Both the position numbers and the translations under genes were made by a program. Positions 9,057 through 18,430 of a stretch of 43,563 nucleotides of DNA are shown in pieces. Under the pieces are notes generated by a model. That model searched no databases and was not told the origin of the DNA. It saw only the letters and a list, made by a program, of their open reading frames with translations. The stretch lies in contig JBHLMG010000003.1 of NCBI GenBank assembly GCA_048938385.1, forward strand, positions 85,190 to 128,752, in the 5' to 3' direction. The DNA is from Promethearchaeota archaeon (GTDB lineage: Archaea > Asgardarchaeota > Hermodarchaeia > Hermodarchaeales > Hermodarchaeaceae). Each line of letters starts with the position of its first letter. Position 1 is the first letter of the stretch.

Positions 9057-9926
9057 TTAGGCTGGAGGAAATGCAACCTCAGCAGCAGCTCCCATGAGGG
9101 TCTTGTAGAGCAAGTCTTTGTTGCGCGGGTCAATGGCTACTAGCCCGATCGTACGAAGACCAAGTAATCGAGCGACGGTATCGGGTAGTAAGGCATCCTT
9201 GAGATCTTGCTTGTTTGCAATAGCCCAAATCAGAGCACCATCAGTCCATTTTTGGATAATAGGTAGTAGTTTCCGTGTGGACATCACATTCTTCAGAGTA
9301 GAGTCACACACCATCAACACCACATCGGTTCCTCGCAAATAGTCCTTCCACTTCGGCACAAGCAACTCTTGTCCTGGAAAATCCCATACAGCAAGTTCGT
9401 AGGGTCCGAGTTTTGCTGTTTCCATTTCCTCCACATATACTGCCATAGTCGCATAGTGGTTGAGGTCTGCACGTTTTCCCACCAGCATTTTGAGAATAGT
9501 GGTTTTACCGACGCCTCCTTCGCCTAAAAGCACTACTTTTAGCGTGGAGACAATTGCTTTGTCGAGGATGGGTCCAATTCCTTGAAATACTGCTGAATTT
9601 CGGTTACTTTTAAACTCCCAAATCTGCTTGGCGAATTTTTGTTTGATGGTTCTAACGCCTGCCTCGATTTTTTCCTGTAGAATTTCATCTTTATCCTGGG
9701 GGTCAGCAATTAAGACAAGGATGAGGTCGCTATCGACATGTTTGTGAATGAATTTCATGTTATCCACAAAAATGGGTACCAAAACATCAGAGCCTGTGTC
9801 TCGTTCTAGTTGGCGGAGGGATTGGATGTATTCTGCAATGATTGGTTGATCGACTTCAATTGCCCAGTAGGAGCGATGAAAGAGTTTGATGCCGTTTCTC
9901 GTTAAAAGCAGGACATTGTGAATCAA
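9057..9926 (-). CDS. Longin-domain + Arf/Rag-like small GTPase fusion
   Basis: N-terminal ~125 aa longin pattern (MIHNVLLLTRNGIKLFHRSY); G1 GEGGVGKT, G3 WDFPGQ, G4 NKQD. Confidence 0.88.
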   Translation of the reverse strand: MIHNVLLLTRNGIKLFHRSYWAIEVDQPIIAEYIQSLRQLERDTGSDVLVPIFVDNMKFIHKHVDSDLILVLIADPQDKDEILQEKIEAGVRTIKQKFAKQIWEFKSNRNSAVFQGIGPILDKAIVSTLKVVLLGEGGVGKTTILKMLVGKRADLNHYATMAVYVEEMETAKLGPYELAVWDFPGQELLVPKWKDYLRGTDVVLMVCDSTLKNVMSTRKLLPIIQKWTDGALIWAIANKQDLKDALLPDTVARLLGLRTIGLVAIDPRNKDLLYKTLMGAAAEVAFPPA

Positions 9927-10039
9927 ACAGAATGCCTCCCAGCTGTGCTAAGCCCCGCAATTCTGTATCTTGAATATTCACTGTCTGTTATAAAATGGTT
10001 CCTCAACCCAGGAAAATCACAAAAGGGAATTAAACTAAC

Positions 10040-11515
10040 CTAAGGGGTGAAATTTGGGAGTTTTGTACACTTGTGGCGTTTCATGAAGGATTTTACAACG
10101 GCATCCAAGTCTTGCTGTTGGGTCTTCGAAAGTGGAGGTACCTCATGCGTCTTTAAAATCGTATTCACGCGTTGACGCGCTCGTTCTTGGCTGGTTGATG
10201 CCCCTTGATTAATCCAACTTTCATATGGTTGCCGGTCTACAAGTACTCCTGGTAGATAATGCTCTTTTCGGAACCATTCGAGGGTATGGCGTAAGCGGAG
10301 GAAGTCTCCACCCTTGGTGCCTACATCCCGAAGTTCCTGAAGAGCTAAGGTGTCATCAGAGACTAGGATTCCCTTGATAAAGCGCGACACCATGCCAGCT
10401 AAAACATCATCGATAACGAGTTTTTCAAAACTCTGAGTGCTCTCAAAGCAAAGCATGCCTGCTCCTGCGATGTTATTGATTCCTGCCATAGTGGCTAATA
10501 ACATTCCCGTGGCGGCTTCATAGCCTGTTTGCGCGTCTCCGCCCATTTTGGCATCGGATAGCCCTAGATATCCATGCGTGGGTAGACCATAATATTTCGC
10601 CATTTGTGTGTAAGCGCAGGTTAGCATGATGCTTTCAATCGCTCCTAACCGGGCGGTACCATATTGCATGTCCACTGCTGTCGGTGATCCGCCATAAATT
10701 ACTGGCGCTCCTTGGGCAGCAAGTTGGGTAAGGACAACTCCGCTAAGAGATTCAGCGTTATGTAAGACAAGAGATCCTGCTAAGGTGATAGGGCCTGTGG
10801 CTCCAAGTTGTGGCATAGAAATCAGTTCAATGGGAATACCTGCTTTCGCTCCAAGCAGTAAATCGTGGACGGTTAATTCGCTCCATTGTAGAGGTGCTGA
10901 AGGGCAAGTATCGAAAATCGCCAGGGGGCGTTTTCGAAGATTTTCAGGACTACCTCTAATGGCTTCTAGCATCCGTTGCATGTCCGTGAAAGCGTCTAAG
11001 GTAAAAGTACCGGTTACAATGGGTTTGGTCGAATGACAGAGTATCTGGTACAAGCGATATCGATCTGAAAGTACAGCAGGAACATCGGCTGGAATGAGGG
11101 CGGTGCTTTGCACTTCAATGTAGGGTAACGAATCAACCACTTTTGCGAACTCGATCACATCAGTCACAAGGGGGTGTCGGCGAGCACCTGTTTGACGATC
11201 TAACAGATGGGTAGCTGCAGAGCCTGGGTTGAATGCCACACAATTTTGCTCTAGCTTGACGGTCGGGTCTCCATTCCGAGTAAAAAGGCTAATCGATGAA
11301 GGGGCATATTTGATAGTCTCTTCAACAAGTGAAACGGGAAAATATGCGTGTTCATCGCTGAAATCAACCTTGGCCCCAGCTTCTTTAAGAAGTTGGAGGG
11401 CTTCTTGGCTTTGGATTGTCATTCCTACCTCTTCGAGCAATACCAGGCTTTCGTGGTGAATTCGTTGAACTTCTTCATCAGCAAGTAACTTGAGTTGTGG
11501 ACGCACTACCATCAA
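10040..11515 (-). CDS. Trimethylamine methyltransferase (MttB) superfamily, non-pyrrolysine
   Basis: IHHESLVLLEEVG, GATGPITLAGSLV, GAPVIYG, SDAK..DAQTGYE, SFEKLVIDD; no in-frame TAG. Confidence 0.92.
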   Translation of the reverse strand: MMVVRPQLKLLADEEVQRIHHESLVLLEEVGMTIQSQEALQLLKEAGAKVDFSDEHAYFPVSLVEETIKYAPSSISLFTRNGDPTVKLEQNCVAFNPGSAATHLLDRQTGARRHPLVTDVIEFAKVVDSLPYIEVQSTALIPADVPAVLSDRYRLYQILCHSTKPIVTGTFTLDAFTDMQRMLEAIRGSPENLRKRPLAIFDTCPSAPLQWSELTVHDLLLGAKAGIPIELISMPQLGATGPITLAGSLVLHNAESLSGVVLTQLAAQGAPVIYGGSPTAVDMQYGTARLGAIESIMLTCAYTQMAKYYGLPTHGYLGLSDAKMGGDAQTGYEAATGMLLATMAGINNIAGAGMLCFESTQSFEKLVIDDVLAGMVSRFIKGILVSDDTLALQELRDVGTKGGDFLRLRHTLEWFRKEHYLPGVLVDRQPYESWINQGASTSQERARQRVNTILKTHEVPPLSKTQQQDLDAVVKSFMKRHKCTKLPNFTP

Positions 11516-11537
11516 TCGGTTCCTCCATAATTTCTAG

Positions 11538-12191
11538 TTAGCTTTTCGTATGACCAGTAAGGCGTTTGGCAATAGTTACAGCTTGGTTAAAATCAACACC
11601 ATACCCATCGGCACGGATCCTGTCGGCAAATTGCTGACTCACAGGGGCTCCTCCCACCATGACTTTCACTTGGGCATCGAGTTTTTCTTTCTTGATCAAG
11701 TCGATGGTTTCTTGCATGCGTTCCATTGTGGTGGTCAATAATGCTGACATGGCAATAATGTCTGCATTAACTTCTTTGGCTTTGGTAACGAAATCCGTTG
11801 GTGAAACATCGGTTCCCAAATCGTATACTGTAAATCCTGCAACTGTGAGCATGGTGGCGACAATGGATTTTCCGATATCGTGAATGTCACCCTGCACAGT
11901 TCCAATAACAATTGTGCCTAACGCATCTTCGTCAATGGTCTTAGCTAAATAGGGGTCAAGGAACTTCAGGGCCTGTTTCATTGTTTCAGCTGCCACGGCA
12001 AGTTCTGGGAGGAACGCTTCACCCTTTTCAAATCGGTCGCCTAAAACACGAATTCCTGCAGTTAGGCCTTCGTTTACGATAGTCGCGGCTTCGATACCCT
12101 GGTCAATTCCTTCCTTAACCAATTCGAGGACGACATCAGTTTGACAGTTGATTAGCTCGTCACGAATCGATGAAATGATGTTTGAAGTCAT
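11538..12191 (-). CDS. Cognate corrinoid protein (MttC/MtbC-like)
   Basis: B12-binding DIHDIG, SALLTTT, VGGAP motifs; start moved to ATG 12191 (MTSNII) to avoid overlap with the upstream gene. Confidence 0.93.
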   Translation of the reverse strand: MTSNIISSIRDELINCQTDVVLELVKEGIDQGIEAATIVNEGLTAGIRVLGDRFEKGEAFLPELAVAAETMKQALKFLDPYLAKTIDEDALGTIVIGTVQGDIHDIGKSIVATMLTVAGFTVYDLGTDVSPTDFVTKAKEVNADIIAMSALLTTTMERMQETIDLIKKEKLDAQVKVMVGGAPVSQQFADRIRADGYGVDFNQAVTIAKRLTGHTKS

Positions 12192-12205
12192 TTGGTTCCT
12201 CTCTA

Positions 12206-13252
12206 TTATTCTATGATTTCCCAATTGCGTTGGTATTTATTCAGTTCTTTTTTAGTCCGTTCATCCATCGGGTGTTCACGGTCTGGAACATCTAGATGTT
12301 TGGGTTCTCCACACAAGGGTGTAGTGAAGTAGCGCTGACCACTATCATTAATCATCGTAACAATGGTTTTCAGCTCGGGGTGTTTCTTTGCGAGTTTGAG
12401 CGCCGCAGCTACATTACATCCTGACGAAATCCCACAGAAGAGGCCTTCTTCACGACTAAGCCATTGAGCCGTTTCAATAGCTTCGTCTGATGTAGTTGTA
12501 ATAATACCATCAAGGAGGCTTAAATCCAAATTTTCTGGTACAAAACCATCGCCGATTCCTTCAATCCGATGTGAACCCCACCGACGATGTGCAAGTAAGG
12601 GGGCTTCAGTAGGTTCGATGGCATACAATTTCACTCGTTGATTTTTTTTGCGTAAGTAACGACCTACGCCTGTGAGGGTACCTCCGGTTCCTTGACTTGC
12701 AATAAAGGCTTCCACCTTTCCCTTGGTCTGCTCCCAGATTTCCTTTCCTGTGCCCTCATAATGTGCTAAAGTGTTATCGGAGTTGTTAAACTGACCCGGC
12801 TCCCAATACTTCCCAGGATTTGCAGTTTTAAGCTGTTGAACCTTCTCTAAACATAAATCCACATCCGATTCACCGCCTGGTGTGAATATTATTTTTGCAC
12901 CATAAGCTGCCATTAATTTCCTGCGTTCAACGCTCATTCCTTCAGGCATCACGATGGTGACTGGATAGTTTAACATACGCCCGACGAAAGCACACGCAAT
13001 CCCTGCATTTCCTGTCGAAGACTCCAAAATCTCCATTCCGGGTTTCAAGTCGCCACGCGCAATAGCGGCATGAATCATCTTGTGGTAGATGCGGTCTTTC
13101 AAACTACCGGTGGGGGAATACCACTCAATCTTACCAAGAATATTTGCTCCAGCTTTTTCGCTTACCTTTGGCATCCGAAAAAGTGGAGTCAGGCCTATTA
13201 GATCGAAGATGTTCACTTGCACCTGCTTGTATTTATCCCACTTCATTGACAC
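12206..13252 (-). CDS. Cysteine synthase family PLP enzyme (CysK/CysM-like)
   Basis: IGLTPL, SPTGSLKDR (PLP lysine), ESSTGNAG, GTGGT, HRIEGIG, GISSG. Confidence 0.9.
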   Translation of the reverse strand: MSMKWDKYKQVQVNIFDLIGLTPLFRMPKVSEKAGANILGKIEWYSPTGSLKDRIYHKMIHAAIARGDLKPGMEILESSTGNAGIACAFVGRMLNYPVTIVMPEGMSVERRKLMAAYGAKIIFTPGGESDVDLCLEKVQQLKTANPGKYWEPGQFNNSDNTLAHYEGTGKEIWEQTKGKVEAFIASQGTGGTLTGVGRYLRKKNQRVKLYAIEPTEAPLLAHRRWGSHRIEGIGDGFVPENLDLSLLDGIITTTSDEAIETAQWLSREEGLFCGISSGCNVAAALKLAKKHPELKTIVTMINDSGQRYFTTPLCGEPKHLDVPDREHPMDERTKKELNKYQRNWEIIE

Positions 13253-13390
13253 TTACTTTCAACTCCTCGAATCTCTCTTGCTGCTTGGTCTAGCCCGTAT
13301 TTAAGCCTACTACTTAGCGGAGATGCAATAGGAGAAGAGTGATAAGGCTTAATGCAGGGCAAGAGATAACGCACAGCAGGAGACGACTCC

Positions 13391-14116
13391 TTGAAATTAA
13401 ACGGACCCTTTGCATATGCTGAGTTCCTTGAGCGTCCTAACCGGTTCCTTGCAATTTGCCAATTGAATGGTCAACGAGTTCGTGCTTATATTCCAAATCC
13501 AGGACCCATGCCAGAGTTACTCTATCCTAGTGTTGAACTGATTCTTCGGCATAATACAGCACCACATCGTTCAACTGACTTTGATTTAGTGTGTGCACGC
13601 CATAAAGGTTGCTTCCTCTCCATAGACTCCCGAGTCCCCAACTGGTTGCTAAGCGAGGTTTTACCCGCTCGTCAGTTATTACCTTTCGCTGATTATGATG
13701 AGGTCGTGACAGAACCGGTCTATCGTGAAAGCCGCTTGGATTTCCTTCTCCACGGAGACAACTTGCCTTCTTGTTTTATTGAAGCAAAATCCTCAACAGA
13801 TGCAATAAATAACATCGGTTATTTTCCACGGGCAATAACCACTCGAGGGCACCGACATCTGCACGAATTGATGCACGCGAAAACTCAAGGACATCGTGCT
13901 GCCATCGTGTTCATCGTTCAACGGACTGACGCTAATATGCTGCGACCAAACGATCAAATCGATCCGTCCTTTGGAGACATTCTCCGAAAAGCCGCATCTC
14001 AAGGGGTCGAAACCTATGCGTGGACCACAAGATTCGATGATCAAACCTTTGAGATTAGAATTGACCGCCAAGTGCCCGTAGACTTAACATCCGTTGGTAC
14101 TCACAACTTCTCATGA
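13391..14116 (+). CDS. sfsA: DNA/RNA nuclease SfsA
   Basis: FLERPNRF, PNPGPMPEL, SRLDFLL, FIEAKS, FP...TTRGHRHLHEL, FIVQRTD. Confidence 0.93.
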   Translation: MKLNGPFAYAEFLERPNRFLAICQLNGQRVRAYIPNPGPMPELLYPSVELILRHNTAPHRSTDFDLVCARHKGCFLSIDSRVPNWLLSEVLPARQLLPFADYDEVVTEPVYRESRLDFLLHGDNLPSCFIEAKSSTDAINNIGYFPRAITTRGHRHLHELMHAKTQGHRAAIVFIVQRTDANMLRPNDQIDPSFGDILRKAASQGVETYAWTTRFDDQTFEIRIDRQVPVDLTSVGTHNFS

Positions 14117-15151
14117 AAACTTGCCATACTTTTCAGCGGCTCTCACCATGGCTCGAATGTTTTCAAGGGGTGCTTGGGGAGGAACCTCACACCCACTACT
14201 CAGAATATAGCGGCCATCACCCCTAAAGGTTTCAATACTAATCTTGGCGGCTTGTTCTACTTGCTCAGGGGTACCAGAAAGGAGTAAGTTTGTTGGATTC
14301 AAGTTCCCCATTAAAATTACTCGGTCGCCCACTAGCTGTTTGGCTTCATCGAGATTTACTAGGTGATCGACTTCTAGCATTCTTGCTCCAGTATCTGCCA
14401 TTAATTTCAGGAGAGGCGTTGTTTTTCCACAGATGTGGAGGCTGGGGATCGCCCTAACCTTATTGACGGCAGATGCAATATGTCGGAGGTGGGGGGCAGC
14501 AAAGGTTGAGAAGGTCGTTGGACTTATGAGGCTCCCGCTTGCTGTGGGATCCGCTGTGACGATGACATCAGCGCCTTCCTTCACATTCGCTCGAGCGTAC
14601 AAGGTTGAGGCGACTGTAGTTTTATATACGAGGGCTTTGACGAACTGCGGATCTTGAATCGTTGCAGTCATCAGTGTGTTGACACCACAGAGCTGACCTG
14701 CTAAGGTGAAAGGGCCTGGCGTGTATACAAAGATGGGTACTTGCCCTTTCACTTCAGTTTTGATGAGCTTGAGCATTTCCATGTGTAAAGGAAGCCGTCC
14801 TGTACGCATGGGATCAGGAATCTCAAGGGCGTCGACATCCTGTGGTCCTTTTATTATGTGTTCAGCAACCTGGGGCACTGAGTCTTCCGGAAAACGCATC
14901 ACACACCCCATCGCTTCCGCTAAGAGGTTAAATGAACTCTCCCATCCCGCATATATCGCATCATACCCTAATTCGCGTTGCCCAGTTAGTAATGTTTTTG
15001 CTGTTTTTTCAGGGCTATGAAGTGCCTCAACCAACCCTACACCAGTAAGTTGTGCTGTTGTGTAAGTGATTTGGGGAATCACTGGTACTCGATCCGGAAG
15101 TTTTCCCTCTAGTACTGCCATAACCCGTTGGTAAGGTGTAAGCTGTTGCAT
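14111..15151 (-). CDS. MtaA/CmuA-like methylcobamide methyltransferase (URO-D fold)
   Basis: PDRVPV, GPFTLA, ADPTAS, Zn-binding LHICG, GNLNP, LSSGCEVP. Confidence 0.88.
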   Translation of the reverse strand: MQQLTPYQRVMAVLEGKLPDRVPVIPQITYTTAQLTGVGLVEALHSPEKTAKTLLTGQRELGYDAIYAGWESSFNLLAEAMGCVMRFPEDSVPQVAEHIIKGPQDVDALEIPDPMRTGRLPLHMEMLKLIKTEVKGQVPIFVYTPGPFTLAGQLCGVNTLMTATIQDPQFVKALVYKTTVASTLYARANVKEGADVIVTADPTASGSLISPTTFSTFAAPHLRHIASAVNKVRAIPSLHICGKTTPLLKLMADTGARMLEVDHLVNLDEAKQLVGDRVILMGNLNPTNLLLSGTPEQVEQAAKISIETFRGDGRYILSSGCEVPPQAPLENIRAMVRAAEKYGKFS

Positions 15152-15340
15152 AGATATCTCCTTTCACGCCTCATTTTATCTTGTGATGTTGATGCTGAGT
15201 ATTTCTTCATTTCTCCTTATAAGCAACTGAAATACCGTGTTTCAGACATCACCTTTAAATGAACTCAAGGGAAAGGGGCAATGGGGAATGCGACTTTCCC
15301 CAGTACATCGCTGGATAGGATGGGTTCGGATCCGATTACC

Positions 15341-16297
15341 ATGTCTGAAGAACCACGTCGTGGAACGCAATCAGGTGAAAGTCCACCAGAAGATGAGCTG
15401 ACAAAATGCCCAAATTGTGGTAGCACAAACTATGTCATGACGCCTTCTCGTGAGTTAGTTTGTGGTAACTGTGGCATGGTGCTCAATGACGATGTCATCG
15501 ATTTTGGGGCGGAATGGCGAGAATTTTCTCCTGAAGAACGAGATAAGCGTGCCCGTGCGGGACCACCATCCACGCTGACGATTCATGACAAGGGGTTATC
15601 TACTCAAATTGATTGGCGTGATGTCGATGCTCGGGGGCATCGTTTAGATGCTCGACGACGGGCTGAAATGCAGCGAATTCGTAAATGGCATAACCGCAGC
15701 CGCGTTTATCAGGCTAGTGAACGAAATCTTGCCAGTGCGATGAGTGAATTAGACCGCCTTGCGGGGCAACTCGACTTGCCACAACGCGTTCGCCAGTCTG
15801 CTGCACTATTGTATCGACGGGCCTTGGATAAGAACTTGATTCGTGGGCGAAGCATTGAAGCCATCGTTGCGGCATGCGTGTATGCTGCTTGTCGGTTGAC
15901 CAGTTTTCCCCGTACCCTAGCTGATGTGGAACGCTTTACTCGCGTGGGTCGGAAGGAGTTAGGTCGATCCTATCGACTAATCGTTCGACGACTAGGTCTC
16001 CAGATGCCAGTGACTCAACCCGAAGACTTCGTGTCTCGCTATACTACAGCCCTCCATCTTTCTCAGCGGACCCAAGCTCGGGCGTTACAGATCTTAATGG
16101 CTGCCCGAACCAAAGGCATCACTTCAGGGAAGGATCCTACTTGTATCGCTGCTGCGTCCATTTACATTGCTTCAATTTTAGAAGGGGAGCGCCGGACCCA
16201 ACGAGAAATCGGTGAAGTCGCTGGGGTCACAGAAGTCACAGTTCGGAACCGTTACAAGGAATTAGTTCGGGCATTGGACCTTGGAGTAGAAGTTTAG
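15341..16297 (+). CDS. tfb: Transcription initiation factor IIB
   Basis: Zn ribbon CPNC..CGNCG, EWREF B-reader, HDKGLST, ERNL, GRS, GKDP, TEVTVRNRYKEL; start may be 15281, 15320 or 15341. Confidence 0.97.
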   Translation: MSEEPRRGTQSGESPPEDELTKCPNCGSTNYVMTPSRELVCGNCGMVLNDDVIDFGAEWREFSPEERDKRARAGPPSTLTIHDKGLSTQIDWRDVDARGHRLDARRRAEMQRIRKWHNRSRVYQASERNLASAMSELDRLAGQLDLPQRVRQSAALLYRRALDKNLIRGRSIEAIVAACVYAACRLTSFPRTLADVERFTRVGRKELGRSYRLIVRRLGLQMPVTQPEDFVSRYTTALHLSQRTQARALQILMAARTKGITSGKDPTCIAAASIYIASILEGERRTQREIGEVAGVTEVTVRNRYKELVRALDLGVEV

Positions 16298-16412
16298 AGG
16301 TGCTCAACCGTTTTTTCTTCCAGTCCATATCTAGACAAAATTACTTAAAGCTGAATTTACCCTGTACACCCTAGATTTCCAGCTGCGGCGTTTTAATGCT
16401 CACTGGCAATTC

Positions 16413-18371
16413 ATGTATTTGGAAGCGGTTACTGTGAAAAAAGCTTCACATCTCCTTAGTCATCTCTTTACAATTCTAATCGTCCTGCTTGTGGGAGCTT
16501 CTGCTGTTCCAAACCTGACGCCTGCTGGGTTACCAGGTAGTTATTTTGTATCTGAATCCAGCTATCCAAGTGTCAATGTAGTTGCAGCACCTCCTCTCCT
16601 CGTTCCGCCTAGCCCCGCAGGAGAGTACATCGTCGTCATTGTCGAAAGTCCCCTGTACAGCATTCCTGCTGTGCAAACAGCCGTTACGACGTATGTAACA
16701 GACCTGAACAATACAGGATACAATACTATCCTCTATACTACTGCTATAGCCACCGTCCAAAACTTACGGACGCTCCTCCAAAATTGGTATACTACCTACA
16801 ACATCATTGGGGCCGTTCTGATAGGAAACCTCCCCTTTGCCTGGTACTACCACCCGCCTTCATCCGGATTCTCAGCTGACACCTTCATCTGTGATCTATT
16901 CTTGATGGATCTAGATGGACTGTGGTGGGATCTTAACATAGATACCGTGTATGATAAGCACAACGCCTCCACCGGTGATATCTACCCAGAGATCTTTGTC
17001 GCTCGTATCGATGCTTCAACTCGAACTTTGGGTGGAGCTTCCAACGCTAACAACATCATCATGCTTCTCAACCGAATCCACACCTATCGTACTGGCGGAG
17101 TCGCCCGCACACATCGAGCCATTACATATATCGATGATGACTGGCAATCCTGGGCCGATGGCACCGTCGACAACTGGCCTGCCTGGCTCAACAATGTCTA
17201 TCCAACCCGGACCGATGTTCACACACCAGCGTCTTGGACAAATGCTACAGATTGGCTGACGAACCGAATTACCCAAGACTACGAATGGGCACACCTCTGT
17301 GCACACAGTGACAACATAACGCACTACTTCGGACCCGGTGGGTGGGGTGAAGGTACTGTCTCATCTGCCCAAATTCACGCCCAAGTGCCAACATTCAACT
17401 TCTATAACCTCTTCAGTTGCCATGCTGCCAACTGGGTTGCTGCTGATTGTTTAGCCACAACCTACCTCTTTTCTGGCAGTCACTCACTAGCCGTGATAGG
17501 AAGCACGAAAACAGGTGGGATGCTTGGAGGAACTAGCTTCTACAACGCGTTAGGTCAAAACGACACTATTGGTGAAGCCTTTGAAACCTGGTTCCAAGGC
17601 ATCACTGGCTACTCTGGGCAGTATGTTGAATGGTTCTATGGTATGACCATTTTGGGTGATCCTCTCCTTACAACCCATTATGACATTACAGCGCTTCCTC
17701 CCGTTATCTCCTCAGCCACTCATCCGGATCAAACGCTATGGTATGGAAGTGGGCTACCACAGTTCACCTGGACCACACCCACAGATGTCAATGGCATCTC
17801 TGGTTACTATTACCTCATTGATCAATCACCAACAACCGTGCCTACATCAACTACCGGCACCTACACTACTCTGAACACATTCACTCCCAGCGTAGCGCTT
17901 GGCGACGGAACTTGGTACTTCCATGTGGTAACCAATGATAGTGTGGGCAACATCGGTACTGAAGCAGCCCACTATCAGGTCAACATCGACGCCACTGGTC
18001 CTACCTGTTCAATCACCTCTCACACAACAGGCAGTATCATCGGGCGAAACATTACGTTGGTCTGGTCAGTAAGCGACACCGGGACGGGTGTCAATCGGTC
18101 CGAGGTTTACCTTGATAGCATTCTCAACCAGACGGTATACTACCCAACCACACAGTTGTCATTCATTGGATTACCTCTAGGTACACATCTGTTGAATGTC
18201 ACCGCTTACGATGAGCTTGGACAAACAGGTTCTGACCAAATTGTTGTAACAGTTCTTGGGATCACTATTCCACCAATTCCTGGCTTCCCCATCGAAGCCA
18301 TTGCCCTCGGAGCCATCCTCGCCGTGGGTGTGGGTCTAGTTTCCCGTCGAAGAAAGCAGCATCAAACCTAA
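16413..18371 (+). CDS. Secreted peptidase C25 (gingipain-like) domain protein with Ig-like domains and IPGF sorting signal
   Basis: Signal peptide; GAVLIGNLP, PEIFVARID, putative His (CAHS) and Cys (FSCH), ILGDP; C-terminal PIPGFP-TM-RRRK. Confidence 0.75.
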   Translation: MYLEAVTVKKASHLLSHLFTILIVLLVGASAVPNLTPAGLPGSYFVSESSYPSVNVVAAPPLLVPPSPAGEYIVVIVESPLYSIPAVQTAVTTYVTDLNNTGYNTILYTTAIATVQNLRTLLQNWYTTYNIIGAVLIGNLPFAWYYHPPSSGFSADTFICDLFLMDLDGLWWDLNIDTVYDKHNASTGDIYPEIFVARIDASTRTLGGASNANNIIMLLNRIHTYRTGGVARTHRAITYIDDDWQSWADGTVDNWPAWLNNVYPTRTDVHTPASWTNATDWLTNRITQDYEWAHLCAHSDNITHYFGPGGWGEGTVSSAQIHAQVPTFNFYNLFSCHAANWVAADCLATTYLFSGSHSLAVIGSTKTGGMLGGTSFYNALGQNDTIGEAFETWFQGITGYSGQYVEWFYGMTILGDPLLTTHYDITALPPVISSATHPDQTLWYGSGLPQFTWTTPTDVNGISGYYYLIDQSPTTVPTSTTGTYTTLNTFTPSVALGDGTWYFHVVTNDSVGNIGTEAAHYQVNIDATGPTCSITSHTTGSIIGRNITLVWSVSDTGTGVNRSEVYLDSILNQTVYYPTTQLSFIGLPLGTHLLNVTAYDELGQTGSDQIVVTVLGITIPPIPGFPIEAIALGAILAVGVGLVSRRRKQHQT

Positions 18372-18378
18372 AACTGAA

Positions 18379-18412
18379 GGACGCCTTGTGCGTCCCTCCC
18401 TCATCTTTTTTT
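18379..18412 (+). terminator. Hairpin plus T-tract terminator
   Basis: GGACGC-cttgt-GCGTCC followed by a T7 run, between convergent genes. Confidence 0.55.
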
Positions 18413-18430
18413 CCACCCAACACCCTTAAC

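Noticed and set aside
10040-11515. Pyrrolysine-containing MttB
   Set aside because: The ORF is uninterrupted and has Leu at the position before SDAK.
13391-14116. SfsA as restriction partner of the methyltransferase
   Set aside because: It is 8 kb away and SfsA is a widespread stand-alone nuclease family.
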